The notes beneath the pieces were generated by a model that made no database searches, had not been told where the DNA came from, and saw only the letters and a list, made by a program, of their open reading frames with translations. Both the position numbers and the translations under genes were made by a program. Below, piece after piece: positions 1-12,599 of a stretch of 64,000 bases of DNA. Source of the DNA: Lama glama (taxonomy: Eukaryota); NCBI GenBank assembly GCA_028534125.1, contig CM052817.1, positions 101,000,001-101,064,000 of the forward strand, given 5' to 3'. The stretch's first letter is position 1; each line of letters opens with the position of its first letter.

Positions 1-480
1 TCCAACTCAGCAAGTAATTTATGGATTAGTGTTTTCTGTATTGAAAAATGGAGATGCTATGGTGTGGGTTCAGAACATCTGAGTCTCTAATAAGAAGCTG
101 TTTTTACCTCTCTGGGCCCCATTTCTTCTGTAGTTTAATGTTAGACTAGTTGATTTCCATTGTCCTTCCCAGTTTTTAATTTTATGTTTCAACAGTTGTT
201 TTTTTTTAAAGCAGATATCTTTCACTTTGAAAGATATCATCGATCTACTAGATCTATTGCATGTTTGGATTTTAATGTTAGATTCAATCCATAGGTTTTC
301 ATATTAGAACTGGTGACTGTTTCTGATCAGAATTCATATCTGGGATATGAGAAAGTTGATGCTGATTCTGTCTTACTAGAAAATTTTAACTATAAATTTG
401 ACACATTATATGTTTTCTAGAGACTGGGAAAGAATGTAGTTGAAATAAAATTATCTTACAAACATTAAAATATACTCAGC

Positions 481-640
481 CAGCAGAGAACCTATATTCA
501 ATATCTTGTAGTAACCTGTAATAAAAAAGAATATGAAAAGAAGTATATGCATGTATATGTATGACTGAAACATTATGCTGAATACCAGAAATTGATACAG
601 CATAGTAAACTGACTATACTTCAATTTAAAAAAAGAAAGA
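481..640 (+). mobile_element. 5'-truncated L1 3' end (cetartiodactyl-type) with A-rich tail
   Basis: tatattcaatatcttgtagtaacctgtaat...actgactatacttcaattt + A tract; diverged flanking duplication tatactcagc / cacactcagc. Confidence 0.75.
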
Positions 641-819
641 TACACACTCAGCTAAATGTAAAAGAATGTTAATAATTTTTTCAACTTGGTTTTAATTATC
701 ACTTCCCTAAAAATATGTAGCCTTTAGAATTTAAAATAAAGAAATTAATGAAAATAGCAGTTTTCTTTAAGTTTATTGCTGGACATTAGCAACAGTGTTG
801 GGTAGCTAGTTTTTCTTTG

Positions 820-910
820 TAGATAACTAAGGCTCAGAGATGGTAAGTAATTTGCCGGGGTATTCCTGATACTGTATGGTAAACAGAGCCAGAATTTCAA
901 ACCCAGAGTT
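820..910 (-). mobile_element. MIR SINE fragment
   Basis: aaggctcagagatggtaagtaatttgcc matches the reverse complement of the MIR core. Confidence 0.6.
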
Positions 911-973
911 AGAACTTAAAACTCAGTTGTGTTTGAGAATAATCTAAGTAGCTTTTAAAAAACTATAGTTTCA

Positions 974-1185
974 TAATGTACAGCACGGTGACTATAGTTA
1001 ATAATAATGTATTATGTACTTAAAATTGCTAAGAGAATAGATCTTAAGTGTTCTCAGCACACACAGAAAAGGTAACTATGTGAAGTGATGGATGTAATCA
1101 TTTCACAATGTATACATATATGTCAAAACATCACTTTGTACACCTTAAATAGATCCAGTTTTTATTTGTCTAACAAATAATTAAT
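974..1185 (+). mobile_element. L1MA/L1MB-type 3' end fragment
   Basis: gtacagcacggtgactatagttaataataatgtatt...ttgctaagagaatagatcttaagtgttctc is a typical L1M 3'UTR. Confidence 0.75.
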
Positions 1186-1348
1186 GGAAACCAAAAAACA
1201 ATCAAATAATGAAGCTAAAAGTGTCGTCCCCCCAAAAAAGCCCTACAGATACTTGCTTCACTGACGATCAGTAGATCTTGTGGAGTGTCCCAGGTATGTT
1301 TTAAAAGCTGCAGAAGTGATTCTTATGATCAGAATAGCACTCTATTTT

Positions 1349-1505
1349 AGCACTTCTCAAACTTCAAATACATAAAAATCACGTGAGGAATATGTGAAAT
1401 GCAGATTCTGGTCCACTAGTTCTGGGACAGGGTCTGAGTTTTGCATTTCTAATGAGCTCCCAGGTGACAACTAATGGAGGCTCCTCGCATCCATAGTGTG
1501 AGCAG
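1349..1505. mobile_element. MER5-like hAT-Charlie MITE
   Basis: cttctcaaactt...aaatgcagattctg...tgcatttctaatgagctcccaggtga. Confidence 0.7.
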
Positions 1506-2043
1506 CAATGATCTACACTATGTGATATTTAATTTATGATTGGAAAATTTCAGCTGCAATTTCTGTGAAGGCCATGATTCATTCACATTTCTGTGAATTT
1601 TAATTATGAATTTGATACAGCGTTACATGCCTTTGGATTTCTACTTGAAGAGCATTCTTTCTTATGTTAGGATAGCATGTTATAAAATATTTACTTGAGC
1701 TCTAAATCATTCAGCTATGGAACTTTAATCACATTGTTTTAATTGATTTGGAAATAGCAAAGCCCAGGTGAAGTCCTGTTTAGACGTAATCTTGCCCAGT
1801 TTCTTCTTAGAGTTATGTGTGATGTTTGGTTTTAATAATTCGATGAAAAGTTTATACAAGAACTCAGCCTAGTGGCATCCATTTATTGTTAGTCCATTCC
1901 TGCAAGAAAGCAAATATATTAACTGCAGCTTTTAATCCTAGTTTTTGAATATTTTAAAGGAAATGTTGGTAAACCTGTATTCAAAATGTACAGTATGTGG
2001 AGGAAGAAAAGGATTTTCACAGTTAAATGTCTGCCCGTTTCAG

Positions 2044-2139
2044 GTTCCCCAGCACCACCATTGCCATCTGTTATGTCTCCTAGCAGGGTGGCAGCTAGTC
2101 GACTGGCTCAACAAGGAAGTGATTTAATTGTTCCTGCAG
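2044..2139 (+). CDS. ARFIP1: ARFIP1 (arfaptin-1) 96-nt alternatively spliced coding exon (GSPAPPLPSVMSPSRVAASRLAQQGSDLIVPA)
   Basis: tttcag|GTTCCC acceptor and GCAG|gtattc donor; symmetric phase 1-1, 32 codons; peptide matches the insert of the long arfaptin-1 isoform as I recall it. Confidence 0.93.
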
Positions 2140-3693
2140 GTATTCACTGCACTGATTGGATAAAGCCCTTCTTGCTACTGCTGAAGCTAAACTAATTCAC
2201 TCAGTTTCATAATCACTTGCTTATATTCTTAGGTGTGTGTTACTCTGGCTTTTTTGGTGGCTGCTGCTGTTTTTTTAACAATAAGGGAAATAATCTGTCT
2301 AGTCATAGCCTATCTTTCTGGCTTTTCATATATTAGGCTGTATTTCAAACCTGAAATTTAACTCACTTAAAGATTTAAAAACATTGTAAAATGTGATTCA
2401 TTTTGAATCATCCTTTCTTTGTCCTGGAAAATGTAATTTACTTATTTGATCCTAAACTCTCGGCTTTGCAGCTCTTAACTCTTTTTTCAATTAAGCAAAA
2501 AAAGGAGCCTTCAACAGTTGGAGTGTTCATTATTTGGAATGGGTCAAGTAGAAAAGGTTGTGTCTTCTTTTTTTCAATTTCAGATTGCAACACAATACTA
2601 TGTAATTTACCAGTTACACTCAGTGGAAAATACTTGTGAAAAATCCATTTCTTTACATTGAATATGCTCTGTATTTTAATATTGCTGGACTGTAAAACTG
2701 GGGGAAACTGAATTCTATATTTCTTTTTATATGAAATGTTAATATTTTATATTTTGTTTCTATGAGAATTTTGTAAATTCTTAAATGTGTTTGATTTTAT
2801 ATACTGGTCTCAATCTTAGATTGTAGTAAAGATGCGATGAAGGCTGGTCTGGCTATAGGAGCAAGAAAAGAAATTTTTGCTGTTGCTAACTTTTTGAAAC
2901 CATTTTGTAAAACGTCTTCTCTTGTCTTTATATTATTGTTTTTTTAAAATTACTGTAAGGTGTCTATCCCAAGTCATTAGCATCATAGATGTTTATTAAA
3001 TATTTTCTTCTATGAAAGATACTTTACTATTAGGAACTATATAGTTATAGAGTTGCTTTTATGTAATAATTTCTTAATTGTTGGAGCAGCACATGGTCAG
3101 GGCTTTATACTGCCTTTATTAATTATGGCTTTTTTCGAAGGCGAGAATCTCGAGAAAAAACAAGGTACAATGTAGGTCTTGTTTTAACACAGCCTCTCAG
3201 ACTGGTGGTAAGATATTTTTAATGACTATTTAAAATTATAGTATTTTTAAAATCCTCCAAAGTTCTAGTAACAATCTGTTGTTGCTCTGTTCTACGTAGT
3301 ACAGTGAAAAATCACTGTGAAGAGTACTTGGCCTTTCAGATTTTTACTGACAGTTTTTTCTAGAGTCATTAGGTTATAAGATTAATTGTGGAAACTTTGT
3401 TTTTCTTAAAGCAGACAGCAGCTTATTTAGAAAAGAAGGCTGATTGCAGCGTTTTTTTTAAGAAGGCAGGCAAACCACATAGTATTTGAGTTTAATGGAC
3501 AAAAAAATTGTTTTAAGTGTTAGGAAATTATTCTCAAAATGATTCCAGGAATTCCTAGTCATTTACCTTGTGGAAACCTTATTATTTCTTTAAATGAATA
3601 AGTAGTTTAATTTGAACAGCATCAGTGTTCTGTTTTCTTTCTCTACTTGTCTTTATCTGGTTTACATTTGTATCTTTTGTTACAATCATGCAG

Positions 3694-3806
3694 GTGGCCA
3701 GAGAACACAGACAAAAAGTGGGCCAGTTATTCTAGCAGATGAAACTAAAAATCCTGCAATGGAAAAGTTAGAGCTTGTTAGAAAGTGGAGTCTAAACACC
3801 TACAAG
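3694..3806 (+). CDS. ARFIP1: ARFIP1 coding exon (GGQRTQTKSGPVILADETKNPAMEKLELVRKWSLNTYK), includes the amphipathic helix before the BAR/AH domain
   Basis: atgcag|GTGGCC acceptor, AAG|gtttgt donor; 113 nt, phase 1-0; recognised arfaptin-1 sequence. Confidence 0.96.
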
Positions 3807-6800
3807 GTTTGTGATTGCTTTTTGATGTTTCCACCCTAACTGACTCTAAGAATTGTCATTTGTATGTTATTCAAATTATTATTTTCCAACTATATGAATA
3901 TATAGAAGAGAATAATCCCATTTAAACGTAAAAATACAATTAGAAAATGAAGTATTTATTGATCTTTGCATAAATGTAATTTAAAAAATCAGTAGCAAAA
4001 GATTAAAAAAGCTACTAAAGTTCTTACTAATTGACAAATAACACAATTAAAGAAGAAATATATTGCCTGGGGATACCTTTAGCTGTAGAAATGCTGTAGC
4101 TATGTTTGCCCCCACCTCCATCTTTTTGATTCTTTATAGCAACTGAATGTCAGGAGGGGTATATTAGTTTTCCAAAGTTTGGAATTCTCTGATGTTATTG
4201 TAATAACTAAGCATTAACTGTACAGACAGCAAATGAGTTGGATTTCAGAGTTTCATAGTAGTTAGTTGTATTACTTCGGAGTTATTGGTGGTTATTTTTC
4301 TTATGTTCTCCATAAAACAAATAAGAAAATTATTTAATCTATACTATATTTGATATATTACAAATAGTTCAAGCCCCAAATCCGCTTAGTTACCTATATG
4401 TGTGTGTTTATCATCTATTCCTCTTCTTCTGTCTCTCACCTGTATAATAATCTGAGTTGAATCGTTTTTAAGATTCCGTAGTTATCTCTATATTAACATA
4501 CTGCATTCAGACATTCTTAAAACTTCTGTTAATGAAAATGACCAGTCTTCATAATGTTGTACACATGGCATAATACTATGTGAAGGAGTTATCATTCTCT
4601 CCGAGTTTTATTTTTAACTAAAAATTTTTTTCATCAGACTAGTTTAGATATCTCAGTCTAAGTCAAAAGAGAAAGTCCTAGCTTACGTGATTTTATTGAG
4701 TTTGTAGCCCAGTGTGCCTGGGCTGACATATAACTCTCTGATCTTGTGGCTTTTTGACCTTTTTGGTCCAAATTGTGAGCTAATGTAGGATATTCACTGT
4801 CGTATGATAATCCTTCAAGTACGATTCTGATTTGGGTGATTTAGGACTGTGCTTTTTTGTCCATTTTACTCTTGAGGAACTTGGTTCTGGCCATGACTTT
4901 GATCTTCTCTTTCTTGGACTTCAGTTCCTTCATGATTCCTACCTTTAATGTCTTCTGTCTGGTTTTATTCTCTACCAAACGCTTACGGCTTTTCCTCAAA
5001 GAGGATATTAGCACTTCCTGTATTGTTTGTTAATTTTGGCTCCAAAACCAACCTGGTGATTAATACCAAATATGTAATAGGACTGCTTTTAAGTTTAGGC
5101 CTTGCATCTATTGTCTGAAATATTATTTTAATATACTTGATTTTGTTCACAAAATGTGAGTCCAGAATATATTCATTTTCTTAATTATTCTCGTCTGTAA
5201 GAATAATTGTGAATGGTGAACTCTGGTTTATTGTTTTTGTTTGGCTTTGAATTTTGCTGGTGTAGAATAGGGTACTTTTAGAAGTCCTGTTATTTTTTAA
5301 GAATAATCTCAGTTTCAGCATTTAGAGCTGTTAGTTATCTTTCCTAAACATTCAGTGCTTTTTTTTAGATGTTCAAGAATTTACCATCAGTATTCACACC
5401 TTTATCAAATTAATAATTGTGGTCTTTAAGCCAGTGTCTTTTAAACTTTCATTCTTGTTTTTCTTATCCTATTGCCTTATGTATTTACTGATTGACCTAT
5501 TTCTCCTGTTCAGTTTCTTATATTACCCTTTATGCTCCCTTCTTCCCTGTCTTTCACTCTTAACAACTCTTTTAATATCTGTCAACTGTTGCCATGAAAT
5601 TACTCTTTTCTTTGTACTTAAATGGTTTAATTCTTTTTTTTTCTACATTATAGATAAAGCTTTGGGGGTATTTAAATACTAAGAGTACACAGTGACTATC
5701 TTTAAATTCATGATGTGTGCAATGATGACTCATGTTTTGTACACTATTTATCTACCCTCCCCCAAGTAGGAGGTCTATATAGAGCAATCATTTCCTTTGC
5801 TTTTTTCCCCCCTTTAACTTTGCTCTATTTGGCCTGATGGCTTCAAAATGAATTCTTAATTTATAAGTATGGAAAACTGAGTAGGACCACCAGCTCATTG
5901 GAAGTCATCTACATTTTAAGGAATTCTGAAGAAGGATAAAGAACTGAGATTCTTAATTCTCTTCTGTTTTGAACTTGCTTTATTATATATACCGATCTCT
6001 AATTTTGTATTTTAATTTCAGTATTTACTAGGAAGCAACTTAAATAAAAATCTGTCCTTCAGTGGTCATATGAGAAACTTGCTCTGGGACCTTAATGAGT
6101 GGGGAAATGACTAGCAATTTTGTATTTTCTCACTGCAGTTTTCTTTACAAAGCTCCACATAGGCTCTCTGTGGCACTCTTACTTCCTTAAGAGTGATTAG
6201 TTACCTGTATTGGATTACAAGCTCTGTAAGTTCAGTTTCAAAACTTGTTTCAAGTGTCCAGATTTATCTTATTATGCCTCATATTCACTGTTGCCTTACT
6301 TCTTCCACTGCCATAGCTTCCTGGAAACAAAAAGCATTTCCTCTTTAAACCTTTGACCCTACTGTCTGCTTGTAACCGTTATTTCTGTGGAAAAAAATGA
6401 CCATTCAGACAACAGTAGACGTTTCTTTCATTTTTCCCAATCTACCAAGCCCCTTCAATGAGTTCTGGCCCCTGACTTTCAACAGACTATTATATCTGGG
6501 TTGCTATGGAAGGAACCACATGCTTTGGCTTGTGAGTAGAGTAAATGTCTCTGGTAATATTATGTTGCATAGGGAAAGTCCTGGTGTGGATGAAAAGTGA
6601 GATTGAGTGGCTTATCTCCTTTTATATTGTTACCATTTCAGATATTATTTCTTGCTGATGTTTCTCTCATGAAGATCACAAAATCTGCAGTTAAACTTTC
6701 CTCCTGTTGTGATTTTCATCTCCCAGAAGTGTTTGTATGTTTTCCGTAGAAATAGTTTTATCTCCCTTTTGTGAGTTTGGCCTCTCACCATTCCTATCAT

Positions 6801-8141
6801 TTTCTATGTAGTTATTTCTCTATTAGAAGAAAACTCCTTTGTAAAAAATGCTTATTCATAAAGATCCTTAATTGGTGATAATAGAGAATGTGTGAAGAAA
6901 TCCATTTCAACCTTAAATAGAAAAAATATGGGTAACATGTAATATGCTAACATTAAAAGGATAAATATAGACTTATGCATATTGATGGGGAAAAGTCTTA
7001 ACAGATTTGTTTTTAGACGAGAAATGCTCAGGATATTATGTGTAGCATAGCATACTCTCATGTTTACTTTAAAAATATTATATATGTGATTATATAGATT
7101 TTAAGGAGCGTCTAGACTATACCCATCAAGCTGTTAATAGTTTTCTACTATTTAGTCAGATTAAAGGAAGGAAGAGGAAATTCACCTTTTATTTTGTTCA
7201 TTATTTTAATTTCTTCAACAAATAGTAATTCTGTAACCAAAACTTTGAAAGACATGATAAAAGAGCAAGTTTGTAAATTTAAAAAATTGCAATACTTATT
7301 TACTACTTTTTAGAATATTTTTGTTAACTTTAAATGATGAGGAGTATATTAATGCCCTATGTAGTTACCCTTAAAATGTATTATTAAGTAGTGAATTTGC
7401 TTATAATTTTTTATTTCTAACAAAAGTTATTGGAAAACTTATTTCCATGTGCTCTGAAATTAGGTACTTTAAAAAAATTACAAGTTCCTGAATCATTTCT
7501 AGGACAGAAAAGAGTAACATAATTTAATATTACTCTATCTGGGCAAAAGTAAAAGAATAATTCAGGAATCTCTATTCTCTTTCTCTGTCCCTCCCCATCT
7601 CCCCTCCCTCCCCACCTCTTCTTCTTTCTTCTCCCTTTCTTCCCTTCATTCTTCCTACTCACACACATATACACAGCTATTTAAGGGGGAGATAGAAAGG
7701 AAAAAAGCTTTTGAAACCAATAGGAGAGTGGAATTTTGGTATTCTTATTATTCCTATGTTAATAGTCCAGTATTGTTCATAAATCAATGCCAAATATCTC
7801 AGTTGCTTTAAATAATCTTTAAAACAGCTGAGATACTTGTGCACAAAGCTTGAATCATGGTTATGTGAGAGAGCTCACCTGGCAGGATATAAATTAGCTA
7901 GATAAGTCTTAAAACTTCCTCTGATTAGTAATAGTTATTTGACATGTCTGGTAAATTTCCCTTCTGAGTTCTGATGGACTTCTAAGGGGGCTGACAATTT
8001 TCAGTTTGTTGGGCTGGTTTGTTTGAAGCCAGAAATGGTATATGTCATGTGCTCTAGCATTTGTACTTTGGACTGTTGTATTACTATTTTTTCTTTTGTT
8101 CTTTTTTTCTTCCTAAACAAAGTACATCTTTCCACTTTCAG

Positions 8142-8363
8142 TGCACTCGGCAGATTATCTCTGAGAAGCTAGGCCGTGGATCAAGAACTGTGGACCTTGA
8201 ACTTGAAGCTCAGATTGATATATTAAGAGATAACAAGAAGAAATACGAAAATATTCTAAAACTGGCTCAGACATTGTCAACCCAGCTTTTCCAGATGGTG
8301 CATACCCAAAGGCAACTCGGAGATGCATTTGCTGACCTGAGTTTGAAGTCACTAGAACTCCAT
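8142..8363 (+). CDS. ARFIP1: ARFIP1 coding exon (CTRQIISEKLGRGSRTVDLELEAQ...DLSLKSLELH), arfaptin homology (BAR) domain
   Basis: ctttcag|TGC acceptor, CAT|gtaaga donor; 222 nt, phase 0-0. Confidence 0.97.
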
Positions 8364-9129
8364 GTAAGATTATTTGAAATAACTCCTGGGGAGTGAGGGG
8401 GATGAAAATGGCAGTAGGAGAATTCTAAGAGGTAATTTGTTACATTTCTTATTTGCTGAACTCTTAATAAGCTTGGACTCTTGAGGTGTTCTTTTAGATA
8501 TTTCATATAATTTTCAAGAAGGCCCAACTGACTTTTGTCAACATAGTGATGCAGTTGTACCCTAAAGAAGATGTCAGCTAGAGGTTTCAGGCGAAGAGAA
8601 CTTGGATAGAGGAAGGAAAAGGAGTCCTCAGCCTGCCTGAGCCTAGGAAGGATCATACTGTGCACAACTGGGCGTGAGTAATAAGTAAATTCAGGCACCT
8701 GCTGGAAGTCTCTTACCTAGTCTCTAAGTGTCCTGAACAAACAGTAACTTGCTTGACCGGATTTGTGATACACTTTTACTGAAATCAGTAATACAAATTA
8801 TGAATTTCAGAATGAAATTATTTTTCTGCATATATTCAGCTAAGCATTCCTAACAATTTCTTACAATAACTTACGTGACTCCTTTTATGTCTTTTTTTCT
8901 CGCCTAGAGCCAAAAGGTGCAGAAATCCCTTGCCTACAGACTAGAAGCTGGAACAGATAATTTAGAGCATTAAATCATTTGGTACTATCTAGACTCTTGG
9001 ACAAAGAAAATTTGACTAGAGATGACAGTATACATCATAATAGAGAAAAATATTGAGATTCAGTTCTAAATGAGTCATTAAACATACAAAAAGAAGAACA
9101 AAGCTAATATTTAGGAAGCTGAGTTGCAA

Positions 9130-9320
9130 TTGTTGAGTATCCACAATTTCAATGTAATGGGCTAGGTGCTTTATAGCCATTATATCATGTAACTTATCTG
9201 ACAACACTGCAAGAAATGTTATCCCCATTTTATAGATGAGGAAATTGAGGCCAACAGACATTAGGTAGTTTTTACAAGATCACAAAACAGAAGATAGAAC
9301 TGGAATATACACCCAGGCCT
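9130..9320 (-). mobile_element. MIR SINE
   Basis: atccccattttatagatgaggaaattgaggcc...caagatcaca. Confidence 0.7.
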
Positions 9321-9655
9321 TTCTGTTTCTCCATGGTCTCCTGCTGTCTCTTTAAGTGGAATCTTTAGAGGGTCTCTGACCCAGAGAAAAGCTCCCACAG
9401 TATGGAAAGAGGTAGCCAGAGTATAGGGTCTAGGGAAATGTTGTAGCAGTGTTATCAGTGACGCTACCTTCACTAGACCCTGTTAATTACAATTGTTAAC
9501 ACAGATTGGGGGTTTACTATACACCAGGTACAATTCTGTCGTTTATATGTGTATTTGCTCATCTAACGCTCAGCTGTAGCTAGCAGTACTTTTATTATCC
9601 TTCTTTTCTGGATGTGAAATTCCCCCCCCCCTTTTTTTTAAACGAAACTGAGAGA

Positions 9656-11075
9656 TTAATCCTCAGTATTTAAGCCCATTGGACCCAGTTTTAATTTTTG
9701 AATTTCTTATTTGAGCATTTCTAACCCTTCATAAGGATTGATATTTCATGACTCTTTTTTAATTTTTTCTTACAGGTCTTCCAATGAGAAAATTTACTTA
9801 TTTTTTTAATTGAATAAAACTTTGTCTTGCAACTACCATATGGGTCCATTGGGAATCAAAGACACAGTATGGGATCTTAGTAATCTTATTTTCCTACATC
9901 TTAAAACATTTTGCTGTTTCATCATCATAGGAATTATTTCATCATTACTCATCAGTTTTTCCCTACCACGTTAAAAATGATTAATATAATAAAAGAATGA
10001 GAGCATTACCTAGAAGAATGATTCACTTGTGAAATAAATACTTCTTGTTTGTTTGCATTCTCAAAAAGAAATCTGGAGAAACTATTTCTGTAGTCTTTTT
10101 TTTTAATGTTCATGCAGCAAAGCTAAGAATTCAGAATTTTTCATTTTTGCACATAATGGAAAGAGAATACAATAGCAGATGATGATATTTCACAAATATT
10201 ACACAAATCAAAAGATGACTACAAAGAGACCATAGTATTGACTCTTAACAGTGATGGCAAAATTGATCATATCAGTGAAATCTCAGGCTATAAGTGTTCC
10301 AGTGATGATATCCTGGATAAATTTTCTTAAAGAGTCACTGAATAACAATATATTTTTAAGGACAAAAAGGAAATATGGTATTGTATTAGTCAAGATTCTC
10401 AAAAGAAATAATCAATAGGATATATAGCTATATAGAGTTTTATTTTAAGAAATTGGTTCATGTGTTTGTGGAGGCTGGTATATCCAAAATCTGCAGGGTA
10501 GGCTGGCAGCTGGAGACCCACAGAAGAGTTGCAGTATGAGTACAAAGGCAGTCTGCTAGCAGAATTCCTTCTAGCCCAGGAGATGTCAGACTTTGTTCTA
10601 TTAAGGTCTTCAACTGATTGTAGGAGACCCACTCATATTGTGGAGGGCAGTCTGCTCTACAGATTATACACTGATCTAAATATAAGTCTCATCCACAAAA
10701 ACACCCTCACAGAAACGTTCAGAATAATGTTTGACCAGATATCTGGACACTGTGGCCCAGCCAAGTTGACACATAAACCATCACAAATGTTTTCATCTAG
10801 TTAGTTGTTCAACAGGAATGACCCCAACATGTAACATTTTTTGACAGAAATTCATCTGGACCATCCTATTTTGCTAAAAAGACATGATATATTCTTCTTT
10901 TATGATATTTATGCACCAAAATGTACTTTATATGTTTGTTAGTGAACAGATGCTGAGCGTAAGTGTGTATACAAAAATGATCTCAAGGAAATAGATAATA
11001 TAGAAATTTTTTAAAATTCATTGGATTCGATATTCTAATTGCTGTTTATAAATGTAAAAATAATGGTAAACTAGT
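9656..11075 (+). mobile_element. Decayed piggyBac-family (Looper-like) DNA transposon, 5' part with transposase remnant, interrupted by an MLT2 LTR
   Basis: Begins TTAA-TCCT; hand translation gives an acidic N-terminus (DDDISQIL...IDHISEIS...DDILD), QYIFKDKKEIWY, SGPSYFAKK and CVYKNDLKEIDNIEI-KFIGFDILIAVYK, resembling piggyBac transposase; has stops and frameshifts. Confidence 0.75.
10382..10785 (-). mobile_element. MLT2-type (ERV-L) solo LTR
   Basis: tgtattagtcaagattctc...ccaagttgacacataaaccatcaca = reverse complement of the MLT2 termini (TGTGATGGTT...ACA). Confidence 0.85.
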
Positions 11076-11130
11076 ACCTATTGGAGATGAATTTGAAATC
11101 TGGAATCAATAGTTATAGGATGGATGTTTT

Positions 11131-11592
11131 TGTATCAGTCAGGGTTTTCCAGAGAAATAGAATCAGTACGAGATATGTACCTAATACACGCACACTCACA
11201 CATACACACACACACACACATTTTGAGATTTATTTTAAGGGATTGGCTCTCACTATTCTAGGGATTGGCAAGTCTGAAATCTGTAGGATAGACCAGCAGG
11301 CTAGAAACTCAGACAGGATTTCTGTATTACAATTTTAAAACAATTCCTTCTTCGGTAAACCTCAATCAGTCTTTTGCTCTTAAGGCCTTCAGCTGATTGG
11401 ATGAGGCCCACTCACACTATGGAGGATAATCTCCTTGAAGTCAACTTGAAATCACATCTACAATGTTTATCAGTGTAAATGTTAATCACATCAACAAAAT
11501 CTGTACCTTCATAGCAACATCTGGACTAAAGTTTGACCAAACACCTGGACACCATAGTCAAATCAAGTTGGCTCATAAAATTAACCATCACA
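11131..11592 (-). mobile_element. MLT2-type ERV-L 3' LTR
   Basis: tgtatcagtcagggttttccagaga...aaaattaaccatcaca, directly adjoining internal sequence. Confidence 0.85.
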
Positions 11593-12304
11593 GTCTACCC
11601 TTTGTCAGCTTACCAGCACTTAATAGACATCTCTTTAAACCACACTTGATCTCCAAATCAAGAGAATAAAGTCTTATTTCCACCTAACATGATACAACTG
11701 TCCTGTGTATTATTAAACATACACTAACCCTTTCCCCAGAAGAAGATATAAAGTCCTTGAGTGAGGGTCACTTTTTCCCTTGATCTTCTGAAACTTAAAT
11801 ACGATGATATAAAGTTAACAGTAGTTAAATACTATGATATAAAGTTAGTTGATGTATCTTATATAAGGTGATAAGGGAAGAAAACAAAGATATTCACTTA
11901 TACACATAGACATTCATGACAAAGTAAGGAAGCAACACTTATGAGAATTATAGTCCTCATTTCTACGAATGGTCACATGCTTGTAACTTCTTCCATTACC
12001 CATTCCATGTTGCATATGCCCTCAGGTAGCACCTCAGCCTGTGATGGTTCTTTGCCTGGTTGGGCGACCCAAACCTTCATTCCTGAAAGGTCCAGGCCAT
12101 TAGTAGTCCTTCCTGAAATGGATTGTTGTAGTTTTCCATTGACATTAGTCACAGGGCATGGTAGTGCTAAGAGATGCCCTAAAGGATCACCTGTATTCCA
12201 GGCATACCTTCCTTACCACCATTGTGGAGTAGCTGTCCAGTTTCCCCTCAGTAATCAGGATCAACCACACCTGCCAGAGTCACTCCCTTCTTTGCCTTTT
12301 GGTT
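11593..12304 (-). mobile_element. ERV-L internal 3' fragment including a dUTPase pseudogene remnant
   Basis: Purine-rich tract next to the LTR on the - strand; the - strand of 12304-12121 reads NQKAKKGVTLAGVVDPDY*GETGQLLHNGGKE/YAWNTGDPLGHLLALPCPVTNVNGKLQQ. Confidence 0.85.
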
Positions 12305-12599
12305 CTTTCTGAGGGAAAGCTTACAAAGTACAGTAGTGAAGAGCTGGTGTCCCCTTCCTTCCACCTGGTGCCATAGTAACTGAAATTCCTGGAAAATGCA
12401 TGGCCCAGGGCCTGGCACATAGCAGCACTGAATAAATTGTGATGATTATGATAGCTGTTGTTGGGATTGTGGCCTTTGGGGGCTGAGGGAGATTTTAAAG
12501 ATGAGGTTAATTTCTTCATTTTCTAGAGGAACAACCAGTATCCAACCATAAAAATGTCAAATCTCCTGAATGGGATAGGAAATAATCCTTTAATAAATG

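Noticed and set aside
4700..6850. T-rich stretch possibly derived from very old L1/HAL1
   Set aside because: Too degraded to assign a family or boundaries by eye.
8155..8698. - strand ORFs overlapping the ARFIP1 exon
   Set aside because: Antisense shadows of the real coding exon; the same applies to 15276-15500, 22415-22651 and 49606-49914.
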